A program made the translations under genes and the position numbers. From the NCBI GenBank assembly GCA_007135335.1, contig SLJB01000188.1, positions 1 through 53,408 of the forward strand: 53,408 nucleotides of DNA. Direction: 5' to 3'. The stretch is from Balneolaceae bacterium (GTDB lineage Bacteria > Bacteroidota > Rhodothermia > Balneolales > Balneolaceae). Shown in pieces: positions 37,589 through 47,136 of this stretch. Numbering within the stretch: the first letter of the stretch is position 1; each line of letters starts with the position of its first letter. Below the pieces are notes generated by a model. That model made no database searches, was not told the DNA's origin, and saw only the letters and a list, made by a program, of their open reading frames with translations.

Positions 37589-38677
37589 ATGAAACGAAAA
37601 GAATTTTTAAAAACAGTTACTGCCGGTACTGCCGGCTTAGCCGCTTTCGCCACAATCCCGGCCGTCAGTCATGCAAGAAAACAAGGCCGCCGATGGAATT
37701 CCAATAATTATACCTGGATTTCACATCACGGTGATAGTAATGACGATGCAAAAAGACGTCTCGAACAGATCAAAAAAGCAGGCCTGAAAGGGATTCTACC
37801 CTCCGGGCATTACGAACGATGGGTACAGCTTGCAGATGAGTTTGATCTCGATGTACACGCTTGGTGGATTACATTGCAGCGCGGTGGCGATCAGTTTCTC
37901 ATTGAAAATCATCCCGATTGGTTTATGGTGAATAGAAATGGAGAATCATCTGTTGAAAAACCGGCCTATGTGAATTATTACAAATGGCTTTGCACAACCC
38001 GGCCCGAAGCACAAGAGTACCTGATGAAACAGGTTGATGAACTTCTCGCAATCAGTGAAATTAAGAGTGTGCATCTCGATTACATCCGCTACCCCGATGT
38101 GATTTTACCCATTCAGCTGCAGCCGGAATATGGCATAGTTCAGGACCGGGAGTATCCCGAATACGATTATTGCTACTGCGAAGCCTGCCGGGGTAAATTC
38201 AAAGAACTTCACGGAGAAGATCCCATTGAGCTTGAAAAGCCGGAAGATCACGAAGTGTGGAATCGTTTCAGGTACAATCAGATCACACATCTTGTAAATC
38301 AAATTGCAGTGAAAGTTCGCAACAAAGGAACCAAACTCACAGCCGCGGTATTTCCCACACCTGACATTGCACGTTCCCTGGTTCGCCAGAACTGGCCCGA
38401 TTGGAACCTTGACGCTCTGTTTCCAATGATTTATAATCATTTTTACCACAAAGATGCCCGCTGGGTGGGTGAGGCTGTTGCCGAATGCCGGCGTGAAATG
38501 CCCAAAACAACCCCACTTTATTGTGGCCTTTACATTCCAGAAATGAGTGCAATAGAGATCTCTCAAGCTTATGAATATGCTATGGAAAACGGTGCCGCAG
38601 GGGTTACCCTATTCCCCGATCATACCATGACTGATGAGCAGTGGAACTACCTTAGCAGAGTAATTCAACAGGGTTAA
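37589..38677 (+). CDS. Glycoside hydrolase-like protein, GHL10/DUF187 family
   Basis: VHAW, HPDWF, VHLDYIRYPD, LTAAVFP, QNW..W and PMIY motifs, with a Tat-like leader MKRKEFLK. Confidence 0.82.
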   Translation: MKRKEFLKTVTAGTAGLAAFATIPAVSHARKQGRRWNSNNYTWISHHGDSNDDAKRRLEQIKKAGLKGILPSGHYERWVQLADEFDLDVHAWWITLQRGGDQFLIENHPDWFMVNRNGESSVEKPAYVNYYKWLCTTRPEAQEYLMKQVDELLAISEIKSVHLDYIRYPDVILPIQLQPEYGIVQDREYPEYDYCYCEACRGKFKELHGEDPIELEKPEDHEVWNRFRYNQITHLVNQIAVKVRNKGTKLTAAVFPTPDIARSLVRQNWPDWNLDALFPMIYNHFYHKDARWVGEAVAECRREMPKTTPLYCGLYIPEMSAIEISQAYEYAMENGAAGVTLFPDHTMTDEQWNYLSRVIQQG

Positions 38678-38771
38678 ACTAAATCACGTTGTAACGTAAG
38701 CCCTAATGAATTGAACATTCATCAAGCCATTTCTGTTGATTAAGTGAGTTATAAAGTTACATCAAACAAAG

Positions 38772-39224
38772 ATGAATGTATTTATGAACTATCAATCAAT
38801 CTTTTTTCTAAGTGTGCTTCTGCTTTTAGTATTTACGGCATGTGATGAAGATACCACCTCAGCCGACCTTGAAATGGAAGTGATGGGTGTTTTTATTGAG
38901 AACAGCGGAACATCCGATCTGATTATCAGACAAGCTGTTGTAACCTTCTGCTACGAAAGCAGCGGTTGTATAGAAAGCAATGTGGCAAATTATACACTTC
39001 CGCCGGATGCAGGAGCACCCGTTGAGCTTGGCGTTTCTGATGCAGATTTGATTGCCGTAGGAGCCATTGTGACTTTTCAGGCAGTTACAGGGAGCGGATC
39101 GATAGAACTGGTACAAGGCTCACCCATCAGCAACAGCGAGTTTGATACGGAAGAAATCCTGAAAACAGCTGAGTTCGGATCGGGTGAAATCGTGACCATT
39201 CGCTACGGACAAACAGAATTCTGA
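38772..39224 (+). CDS. Hypothetical lipoprotein
   Basis: A hydrophobic stretch ending in the lipobox FTAC, followed by an acidic mature region with a Cys pair. Confidence 0.75.
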   Translation: MNVFMNYQSIFFLSVLLLLVFTACDEDTTSADLEMEVMGVFIENSGTSDLIIRQAVVTFCYESSGCIESNVANYTLPPDAGAPVELGVSDADLIAVGAIVTFQAVTGSGSIELVQGSPISNSEFDTEEILKTAEFGSGEIVTIRYGQTEF

Positions 39225-39348
39225 CCAGCTGAAATATACGCTATTGCAGATTCAGGCCTCAGCTTCGCACTCTGTTTTTTTAAAAGAATAACCAATAATT
39301 TGTATTTATATTGACAGAGGGTGTAACTGCCAGGCAGCAGGTTCAATC

Positions 39349-39909
39349 ATGCAAAAAAAATCAGAGTTCATTTTCAAATATCCGCCAAATCTGCAAGAAC
39401 TCGATCTTGCAACGATGGTCAGTATGTACCGCGACAGAGGCGAACCAAGACGGGCAGCTCCCGGAAAATATCTCGCCTGTGCAGAGTCTCATAAACTTTT
39501 AAAACATGCCAAATGGTGGTTTGGATTGTACTACAGCCAGCCGGCGTGGGATAGTCTCCTCACAAAATCATCAGAAGGTTATCCGCTCACAGAAGCTGAA
39601 TTAAATCTGCTCGGTTTGCTGCTTACACTGGACGAAGAACCTCCGCAGCGCGAATTTGCAGAAAAAAACCTGGGCGTTCTGCAAAAGCTCGGGTATCTCA
39701 TTGTGAATGATATGCGGCAGTTTGGCTTTATCAGTGAAGATGAATACGGCTATCTATCCATCACAACAGCAGGTGAGCGTGCACTTCAGGGTATTTGCAG
39801 ACGATTATATGGAAAACGGTTCTCCCCCGAAATGCTCGAACTTTATCATCTCGATCCTACCTTTGCCCGCACAACCACTTCACCGAACGATCAACCCTCT
39901 CTTTTCTGA
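39349..39909 (+). CDS. Hypothetical protein with a winged-helix-like C-terminal half and a terminal QPSLF motif
   Basis: 186-aa ATG ORF. It contains VNDMRQFGFISE..GYLSITTAGERAL and ends QPSLF*. Confidence 0.8.
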   Translation: MQKKSEFIFKYPPNLQELDLATMVSMYRDRGEPRRAAPGKYLACAESHKLLKHAKWWFGLYYSQPAWDSLLTKSSEGYPLTEAELNLLGLLLTLDEEPPQREFAEKNLGVLQKLGYLIVNDMRQFGFISEDEYGYLSITTAGERALQGICRRLYGKRFSPEMLELYHLDPTFARTTTSPNDQPSLF

Positions 39910-40022
39910 AACCACTTCTCTCACAATAAAAAACCGAAAGAAATGGGATTTGGAAAGCGCTATATTTAAATCTTTTACACCGTCAGTATAACATAAACCC
40001 GTTCAGATTTTTTAGTTCTTTT

Positions 40023-41657
40023 ATGGAATCTTACCTCCAGAAAATTATTGGCAATGCACTGCAAAACATGGGACTTGATGACGATCAATTTCCCGAAATA
40101 AAAATTGAAACCCCGAGAGATGCCTCCCATGGAGATGCTGCCACTAATATTGCAATGCTTCTGGCAAAACCTCTGAGAAACAACCCCCGTAAAATTGCAG
40201 AACAACTTGTTGATGAGATGAAATTTGATCCCTCAAAAATTTCAGCTGCTGAAATTGCAGGGCCGGGATTTATCAATTTTCGTTTTGCGAAAGATTACCT
40301 GTATGATGAACTCGAGGCACTCCTGGATGAAGGTGAAGAGTACGGAAAAACCACTGATAATAAGGAAGTAAAATGTCTTATTGAGTTTGTAAGTGCAAAT
40401 CCCACAGGTCCGCTTACCGTTGGGCACGGAAGAAATGCAGTACTTGGCGATACCGTTGCCCGATTGCTGGAGTGGACAGGAGCCGATGTTCAGCGAGAAT
40501 ATTATTTCAACAATGCCGGCAGACAAATGAGAGTTTTGGGCCAGAGTGTGCAGGCCCGTTACAATGAGATAGTGGGTGCTGAAATTAACTTTCCCGAAGG
40601 CGGTTACGAAGGTTCATACATTGCAGATATAGCTCAGGAGCTTGTGAATGAACACGGAGACAAACTGCTCTCAGAAACCAATGAGAAGTTATTCAAAGAG
40701 AAAGCTGAAGCTGTAATTTTCGATGAAATTCGAAAAACACTTGAGCGCATGAACATTGTGATGGACTCTTACTTCAATGAGCATTCACTCTACGAAAGCG
40801 GTGCTATTGACCGGGTGATTGATACCTTCCGGGAAAAGGGAGTGGCCTATGATAGCGATGGCGCTGTCTGGTTCAAAACCACAGCATTTGGAAAAGATCA
40901 GGATACGGTTTTGGTAAAAAGCTCAGGGGAGCCGACATATCGCCTGCCGGATATTGCCTACCATGCCGAAAAGCTGGATCGCGGTTTTGACCTGTGCCTC
41001 GATGTTTTTGGCGCTGATCATATTGATACCTATCCCGATGTGCTGAACGGTATTGATGTTCTCGGGTACGACAAAAGCAAAGTTGAAGTATTGGTATATC
41101 AGTTTGTTACTCTTGTAAAAGATGGCAAGCCCTATAAAATGAGCACCCGAAAGGCCAACTTTGTAACGCTGGATGATCTGATGGATGAAGTGGGAGAGGA
41201 TGTTACCCGTTTCTTCTTTCTGATGAGATCACCCAACACTCATCTTGAATTTGATGTAAATCAGGCGAAGGAAGCCGGTGATAAAAATCCCGTTTTTTAT
41301 CTTCAATATGCACATGCACGTATCTACTCTATTCTGCGAAAAGTGAATGATCTTGAGCCATTTAGTGAAAAACCCGTTCTCAGTGAGTTGAAACATCCGT
41401 CTGAAATCACCCTCATCAAAAAGCTGCTCAGTTTTCCCGGAGCTGTTTCAAATGCAGCTGCAAACCGTGAACCTCACCGCCTCATTACCTATTTGAATGA
41501 GCTGGCATCGGAATTCACATCATTTTATCACGATTGCCGGATTGTGGGCGAGGAAAAGGAAGTGATGCATGCGCGCAAAGTATTAGCCGGAGCTACGGCA
41601 CGAGTGCTGGCAAACGGGCTTACTATTTTGGGAATCACAGCACCCGAGAGAATGTAG
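40023..41657 (+). CDS. argS: Arginine--tRNA ligase
   Basis: AGPGFINF, EFVSANPTGPLTVGH, KMSTRKAN, YLQYAHAR and the C-terminal APERM. Confidence 0.97.
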   Translation: MESYLQKIIGNALQNMGLDDDQFPEIKIETPRDASHGDAATNIAMLLAKPLRNNPRKIAEQLVDEMKFDPSKISAAEIAGPGFINFRFAKDYLYDELEALLDEGEEYGKTTDNKEVKCLIEFVSANPTGPLTVGHGRNAVLGDTVARLLEWTGADVQREYYFNNAGRQMRVLGQSVQARYNEIVGAEINFPEGGYEGSYIADIAQELVNEHGDKLLSETNEKLFKEKAEAVIFDEIRKTLERMNIVMDSYFNEHSLYESGAIDRVIDTFREKGVAYDSDGAVWFKTTAFGKDQDTVLVKSSGEPTYRLPDIAYHAEKLDRGFDLCLDVFGADHIDTYPDVLNGIDVLGYDKSKVEVLVYQFVTLVKDGKPYKMSTRKANFVTLDDLMDEVGEDVTRFFFLMRSPNTHLEFDVNQAKEAGDKNPVFYLQYAHARIYSILRKVNDLEPFSEKPVLSELKHPSEITLIKKLLSFPGAVSNAAANREPHRLITYLNELASEFTSFYHDCRIVGEEKEVMHARKVLAGATARVLANGLTILGITAPERM

Positions 41658-41661
41658 ATTT

Positions 41662-42468
41662 TCAGGCTGGTACTAATTTGGTAAAACAGACAATGCCTTT
41701 TGTGAACTGCTCTTCCACCCGGAAGCCGGCTCGCTGAAACATCTCATTACTCTCTTCCACACTCCAGAATTGTATACCGCTCCATGAAGCAGAATTTTGT
41801 AGTACTTTACCATACCAGCTTCCCGCCTGAATAAGGTGCATCACAAAAAACATGCCTGTCTTTTTTAACACACGATGGCATTCATAGAGAACCTTCAGTT
41901 CATCGCTCAGTTCGTTCAGGGTTCCTCCCATTACAATACCGTCAAATGTGTTTCCAAAGAATGGCATCTCTCTGGCATCTGCACGGATTAAGAACATATC
42001 GGTCTGATCAGCCTCTGCCTTGAGTCTTGCTTCATCGAGCATGGCCAGGGAAAAATCGATGGCAATTTGTATGCTTTCAGGCTCTGCTTTTTTTAATGAT
42101 CGGGCATATAGTGCTGTTGAGCAGCCAACATCAAGGTAGACTCCATTTGGTTTTGGATGAACCCATTTATTCAGCAGTTCTTTCTCTTTTTCAATTGGAA
42201 AAGGCTCACCGGTAAGCAGGGATAAGGAGCGAACTCTCCAAAGATCTTCATAAACCGATGCGGTTACATTCCAGTGATTTGTACTCTGAGCAAGTGTGTA
42301 GTGCTTCTCCTCAGAAATCAGATCAATGATATTATTTTTAATGGTGTATTCATCTCCTTTGGGCGAGCAGATGGTGCCATTGAAGGTTTTGGAAAGTTCT
42401 GATACTTCAGCCGGCAGGGAGATTTTTTCACCGTCGAAAAGGGGGGAACGAAGAACTGGTTTTTTCAT
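41662..42468 (-). CDS. Class I SAM-dependent methyltransferase (UbiE/Methyltransf_11-like)
   Basis: YLDVGCSTA, AIDFS..ML, ADAREMPF..FD and HRVLKKTG. Confidence 0.88.
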   Translation of the reverse strand: MKKPVLRSPLFDGEKISLPAEVSELSKTFNGTICSPKGDEYTIKNNIIDLISEEKHYTLAQSTNHWNVTASVYEDLWRVRSLSLLTGEPFPIEKEKELLNKWVHPKPNGVYLDVGCSTALYARSLKKAEPESIQIAIDFSLAMLDEARLKAEADQTDMFLIRADAREMPFFGNTFDGIVMGGTLNELSDELKVLYECHRVLKKTGMFFVMHLIQAGSWYGKVLQNSASWSGIQFWSVEESNEMFQRAGFRVEEQFTKGIVCFTKLVPA

Positions 42469-42521
42469 GTCGCTGCATTTGGTTACATCAGTTAATACGC
42501 AAACAGAACGTGTGTGTTACG

Positions 42522-43310
42522 CTATTTCTGAACGATGATGGAGATTTGAGCTCCCTTCTCAACACCTAACATCTCTTTAGCATTTCCTTTGTTGATTGCC
42601 ACCTCCAATGTCCCCGAACTTCCAATGTAGGCCGCCGGTTCGCCATCGGGTACCGCACCATAGGTGAGTACCATTTTTTTTAATATCGTATTGCCCACAT
42701 AGATTCTGAATTGAGATGTGTTTACCGCTTCCGTAATTAATGCGGCGGGAATATTAGAAATAAGATTTCCGAAGCGATCAATGTGAACAATCCAGCCCTG
42801 AATGCCATCTTTATCTGATATTGGAATTGCCCATCGAAAGGTTACCAGTTTCTCCAGCGGGCGCCCCAAATGGCTGATATTCAGGCCTTTCGATAAGTGT
42901 GCGGCAACCGGAGCAAAAACATCACGTCCGTGAAAAGTGTGGGATCTCTCCTCTCGCCAGAATTTTTCGTTATCCAGGACAACAGCATCATATTCAAAAT
43001 CTTCACCAATCAGTGAAAAAATGCCGTTATCCGGGCCAACAAAAATCTGATCTTTGATTTTAATCGCTACCGGATGGCGATCTGTACCCACACCCGGATC
43101 AATCACAACAAGGTGAACCGTGTTTGGCGGATATAGCATGGTTGCATTCCGGACAACCCATGCACCGGCCATAATATCCTGTGGCGGTATTTGGTGGGAA
43201 ATGTCCACAAGGCGAGCTTCCGGAGCAATTGCAAGAATAGATGCTTTTATGGCACTTACGTAATGATCCTGTAATCCGAAATCTGTAGTAAGAGTAATAA
43301 TGGATGCCAT
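42522..43310 (-). CDS. DUF62 family SAM hydrolase (SAM hydroxide adenosyltransferase)
   Basis: ITLTTDFG, VDISH, VIDPGVGTDR, GPDNG, TFHGRDVFAP and IDRFGNLISNI. I preferred the ATG at 43310 (MASIITL) over the longer ORF-track start. Confidence 0.92.
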   Translation of the reverse strand: MASIITLTTDFGLQDHYVSAIKASILAIAPEARLVDISHQIPPQDIMAGAWVVRNATMLYPPNTVHLVVIDPGVGTDRHPVAIKIKDQIFVGPDNGIFSLIGEDFEYDAVVLDNEKFWREERSHTFHGRDVFAPVAAHLSKGLNISHLGRPLEKLVTFRWAIPISDKDGIQGWIVHIDRFGNLISNIPAALITEAVNTSQFRIYVGNTILKKMVLTYGAVPDGEPAAYIGSSGTLEVAINKGNAKEMLGVEKGAQISIIVQK

Positions 43311-43312
43311 AA

Positions 43313-43483
43313 CTAATCTTCGCGGTAGCTGATTAATAGTCCTGATGAATAGAGGATGTCCAAAAAGTGCGTGCAAAATATATATTCATCATCAATTCCG
43401 TAATACCGGCCTCTCCTTCCTCTATTTGGGATTGGGAGCGCCGCATCATGTGCGGGTCGACGCCTTTTTTTGAACAGTCTCAT
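43313..43483 (-). CDS. Possible 56-aa small protein between dnaN and the DUF62 gene (not in ORF track)
   Basis: AAGGAG-N4-ATG, then MRLFKKRRRPAHDAALPIPNRGRRGRYYGIDDEYIFCTHFLDILYSSGLLISYRED*. The stop is 2 bp before the next ATG. No family recognised. Confidence 0.3.
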   Translation of the reverse strand: MRLFKKRRRPAHDAALPIPNRGRRGRYYGIDDEYIFCTHFLDILYSSGLLISYRED

Positions 43484-43541
43484 TACGCTCCTTCTTACCC
43501 GGGTTTGCAGCCGAAGTTTCTGCCTGAATTTTGTGAACAGT

Positions 43542-44663
43542 TTACGCGTAACTATTCAGCATTACCGGCATCACAAGCATTAACATCTCTTCACCCTCAT
43601 CCTCTGCAGCAGGTTTAACAATACCGGCACGGTTTGGTGTGGAAAATTCGAATTTAGCTTCATTCCCATCTACATTACTTAAAACATCGGCCAGGTATTT
43701 TGCATTGAAGCCAATTTCCATGCCGTCTGAATTGTACTCACAGGCAATGGTCTCTTTGGCTTCACTGCTCATATCAAGATCTTCGGCGCGAATGGTTATT
43801 TTATCCCGCTCCAGTTGAAGGCGAATCTGGCGGGTTGAACTGCTTGAAAAAACAGATACCCGGCGAACGGTAGAGAGCATCTGATTTTTATCGATCAGAA
43901 GCTGCTTGTCATTATCGCGCGGAATAACGGATTCATAATTCGGGTACTGCTCGTTGATTAGCCGGGTAATTACAATTGTGCTTCCGCTTTTAAACTGGGC
44001 ATGATCACTTGAAACTTTCAGCTCACAATCGGCACCGTCCAGTGCTTTTGAAACCAGGCTCAGTGCTTTATCAGGCACAATAAAAGAGAGTGGTTCTTCT
44101 GATGTAAAATTGCTGTTGATAAAACGTACAAGCCGGTGCCCGTCGGTTGCTACAAATTTGGTGGCGTCTGTGCCTATATCAAAATATACACCCATCATAG
44201 CCGGCCGCAGATCGTCTGTGGATACCGCGAACATGGTTTTACTGATGGCATTCTGAATCAGGTCGGTATCTGTATTAAGTGTAATACCACTCTCCATATC
44301 GGGTATTTCAGGAAACTCGTCTGCTTCTTCGCCAACCAGTTTATACTTACCTTTATCGGTTTTAAACTCAATATTCTGATCAGTATCAACTTCGAAAAAT
44401 ACAGGGATGTTGGGCAGCTGACGCAATGTTTCGAGCAAGCGTTTGGCTGGTATCGCTACGGAACCCTCTTCTTCAATTTCCGCATCAATATACTCGATGA
44501 TTGAAATTTCCAGATCTGTTGCCGTGAGTTTTAATCGGCCTTCTTCACTTTCAAACAGAATGGTTTCAAGAATAGGCAGCGTTGCTTTGTTTGGAACTGC
44601 TCCGATAACGGCTGAGAGCCCCCCGTTTAAATCGTTACTTGCTACATTAAATTTCATAGTCAA
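43542..44663 (-). CDS. dnaN: DNA polymerase III beta sliding clamp
   Basis: LTATDLEI, VATDGHRL, YPNYESVIP, IGFNAKYL and the C-terminal LVMPV. Confidence 0.97.
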   Translation of the reverse strand: MTMKFNVASNDLNGGLSAVIGAVPNKATLPILETILFESEEGRLKLTATDLEISIIEYIDAEIEEEGSVAIPAKRLLETLRQLPNIPVFFEVDTDQNIEFKTDKGKYKLVGEEADEFPEIPDMESGITLNTDTDLIQNAISKTMFAVSTDDLRPAMMGVYFDIGTDATKFVATDGHRLVRFINSNFTSEEPLSFIVPDKALSLVSKALDGADCELKVSSDHAQFKSGSTIVITRLINEQYPNYESVIPRDNDKQLLIDKNQMLSTVRRVSVFSSSSTRQIRLQLERDKITIRAEDLDMSSEAKETIACEYNSDGMEIGFNAKYLADVLSNVDGNEAKFEFSTPNRAGIVKPAAEDEGEEMLMLVMPVMLNSYA

Positions 44664-44838
44664 AAATCAAAAATTTGTGGTCAGTTTTCTCGTAGGTTTC
44701 TCAAAATCTTGTATAGGTTCAATCATCTTATACTAACAAATCCTGCTTCTTACCGCAACTTGTAAACGCCTGAACAACCATAATTTCACCGAGTGAATAT
44801 CGAAAATATTTTGCAGTGTTGAATGCAATGAACCGGGT

Positions 44839-45288
44839 TTACCCGTCTCGTAATCCAAGTTTTTTACAAAGGTTTGCCAAAGTCTCTTTCTCGTTTTCAG
44901 AGAGTACACTAAACTCTTCTTTTATTTTACTGAGATGTTTTGGAAAAAAATCTTCGATAAACTCTTTCCCTTTCGGTGTCAGATGAATCAATACTGCACG
45001 CCTGTCATTGGGATCTTTTTTTCGTTTTACATACCCGCTTTTCTCAAGGTTATCGATCACCATGGTGATGTTACCGCCACTTTTCAGTAGTTTCTCTCCG
45101 ATGGCACGCTGATTTAGCGGACCCAGATGCAAAAGTACTTCGAGTGTTCCAAACTGGCTTACAGTTAGATTTGCATCCGCCAGATGCCGGTTCAGCCGGA
45201 TGTTGATAGATTCCGTGGCTCTCATCATTTTAATGAAAGCGTTCAGAGTGTTTTTATCTGATTTTGAACCTGAGTAATGAGTTCCCAT
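44839..45288 (-). CDS. MarR family transcriptional regulator (MhqR-like)
   Basis: LTVSQFGTLEVLLHLGP, SGGNITMVIDNLEKSGYV and DRRAVLIHLTPKG. Confidence 0.93.
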   Translation of the reverse strand: MGTHYSGSKSDKNTLNAFIKMMRATESINIRLNRHLADANLTVSQFGTLEVLLHLGPLNQRAIGEKLLKSGGNITMVIDNLEKSGYVKRKKDPNDRRAVLIHLTPKGKEFIEDFFPKHLSKIKEEFSVLSENEKETLANLCKKLGLRDG

Positions 45289-45346
45289 ACCGGTTATTCG
45301 TTAAGTAAACATCTGCAAAGTGTGGAATATATGATTTTATGGGATA

Positions 45347-46564
45347 CTATGATGCACTTACCAGCCGTGCAAACTTTCTCTTGCCTACTTTAAGTTCCAG
45401 CTCGTCACCCTCGCTAAATTGAATGGAGTGATTGGGATCGCTGATTTTATCTTCATTGATACTAATTCCGCCCTGTTTCATCATTCGCTTGGTTTCGCCG
45501 TTACTTCCCGTGAGCCCGGCATCTGCAATTATATCCATCAGCCTGTGCTCACTGCCTGATTTAAATTCAATTACCGGAGCATCATCCGGAATATTCTTTT
45601 TGATGACGGTTTCCTCAAAATGCTTTCTTGCGGCGGCAGCGGCCTCTTCGCCATGATACATACGCGTGATGGTAAAAGCCAGATGATGTTTTGTGTTCCG
45701 CGGATCCTTTCCGATGTTCTCTCTGAGAGCAGGAAGCTCTTCAGCAGGCACATCCGTTACCAACTCAAAATATGGGAAGATCAAATCATCCGGAATGGAA
45801 AGCGATTTTCCGTACATCTCGTTTGCGGGTTCATCAATACCGATATAGTTATCGTACGATTTGCTCATTTTCATAGAGCCATCTGTGCCAACAAGCAGCG
45901 GCATCATCAGGCACACCTGTGGCTCAATATTCTCTGCCCGCTGTAAATCACGGCCAACCAGCAGATTAAATTTCTGATCAGTGCCTCCCAGTTCCACATC
46001 CGATTTCAGGTATACAGAATCCTGACCCTGTGCAAGCGGATATAAGAATTCATGCAGAGAGATGGGTTCATTGTTATGATATCTCTTTGAAAAATCATCC
46101 CGTTCAATCATCCGGGCTACCGTAAGTCTTGATGAGAGCTGAATCACATCCATAAAACCCATCGGGCCAAGCCAGTCATTATTATTCACAATGGTGGTTT
46201 TCGAGTGATCCAAAATTTTCTTTGCCTGCTCAATATAGGTTTCTGCATTCTCCAGAACCTCCCGTTCCGTGAGCGGAGGTCTGGTTTTATTCTGGCCGGT
46301 AGGATCGCCAATCATGGCTGTAAATCCGCCGATAATTAAAATCGCTTCGTGGCCAAGATCCTGAAATTGCCTCAGTTTTCTCAGAATTACAGAGTGGCCC
46401 AGGTGTAGGTCGGGGCGGGTGGGATCAACACCCAGCTTAATTTTTAACGGAGTGTTGGTTTGGAGTGATTTTTTTAGTTTCTCCTTCAGTTCCTCAACAG
46501 GAACAATTTCAACGGTTCCTCTTTTTATTACTGACAGTTGTTCATCTACCGATTTAAAACTCAT
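45347..46564 (-). CDS. tyrS: Tyrosine--tRNA ligase
   Basis: [27 protein letters not shown] and a C-terminal S4-like domain. Confidence 0.97.
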   Translation of the reverse strand: MSFKSVDEQLSVIKRGTVEIVPVEELKEKLKKSLQTNTPLKIKLGVDPTRPDLHLGHSVILRKLRQFQDLGHEAILIIGGFTAMIGDPTGQNKTRPPLTEREVLENAETYIEQAKKILDHSKTTIVNNNDWLGPMGFMDVIQLSSRLTVARMIERDDFSKRYHNNEPISLHEFLYPLAQGQDSVYLKSDVELGGTDQKFNLLVGRDLQRAENIEPQVCLMMPLLVGTDGSMKMSKSYDNYIGIDEPANEMYGKSLSIPDDLIFPYFELVTDVPAEELPALRENIGKDPRNTKHHLAFTITRMYHGEEAAAAARKHFEETVIKKNIPDDAPVIEFKSGSEHRLMDIIADAGLTGSNGETKRMMKQGGISINEDKISDPNHSIQFSEGDELELKVGKRKFARLVSAS

Positions 46565-47130
46565 GATTCGGACTCGGGTTTATCAAAAATTGGTAAGGTT
46601 CGGAGTGTATTGTTTTCTCGTATTGTTTTTTCGATGGTTTCAACAAAGCTTACAGACTGCGGAAATACTGATGCAATCAAATTGAATGCCGTCGGAGCAA
46701 TAGTAATCGCAATTGGATAACTCATGGAATTTTGCCTGGAATCTTCGTCAGGTTTATCGAAACCTGCAAGCAGAAGAAGAAAAGCACTGATAAGGAGTGC
46801 AACTTTAACCCCACCGAATGCAGCACCACTCACAGCATTTACTATTCCAAGCCGGGCGTAGGTAAATATTCGCTCAAGCCAGAATGCCGTAACCTGTACA
46901 GCAACCAGCGTGACAAAGAAGATAAACACGCCGGTTACAAGGACGGCATTATCTGCATTATCCACAAAGGGGCGCAAGAAGCCGGAAACAGGGCCCATAT
47001 AATTAAAGGTTACAAAGATGGCAATAACCAAGCCTGCAACACCAAAAAACTCCTGAATAAACCCCTTCATAAAACCTCTGTAAGCAAAATAGCCAATCGG
47101 AATGAGAATAAAGAAGTCCAGAACGTTCAT
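46561..47130 (-). CDS. cvpA: CvpA family membrane protein
   Basis: [16 protein letters not shown], four TM segments and [10 protein letters not shown]. Confidence 0.85.
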   Translation of the reverse strand: MNVLDFFILIPIGYFAYRGFMKGFIQEFFGVAGLVIAIFVTFNYMGPVSGFLRPFVDNADNAVLVTGVFIFFVTLVAVQVTAFWLERIFTYARLGIVNAVSGAAFGGVKVALLISAFLLLLAGFDKPDEDSRQNSMSYPIAITIAPTAFNLIASVFPQSVSFVETIEKTIRENNTLRTLPIFDKPESES

Positions 47131-47136
47131 TCCATA

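Noticed and set aside
42522-43310. Fluorinase/chlorinase call for the DUF62 gene
   Set aside because: It has TFHGRD and DPGVG..R, the His-Arg-Asp hydrolase signature, not the halogenase-type sequence at that position.
43430-43500. SAH/SAM riboswitch upstream of the SAM hydrolase
   Set aside because: AGGAGCG and CGGCGCTC resemble parts of the SAH motif, but the CCAGGCTC core is missing and no SAM-I core is present. Kept only as an unassigned structured region.
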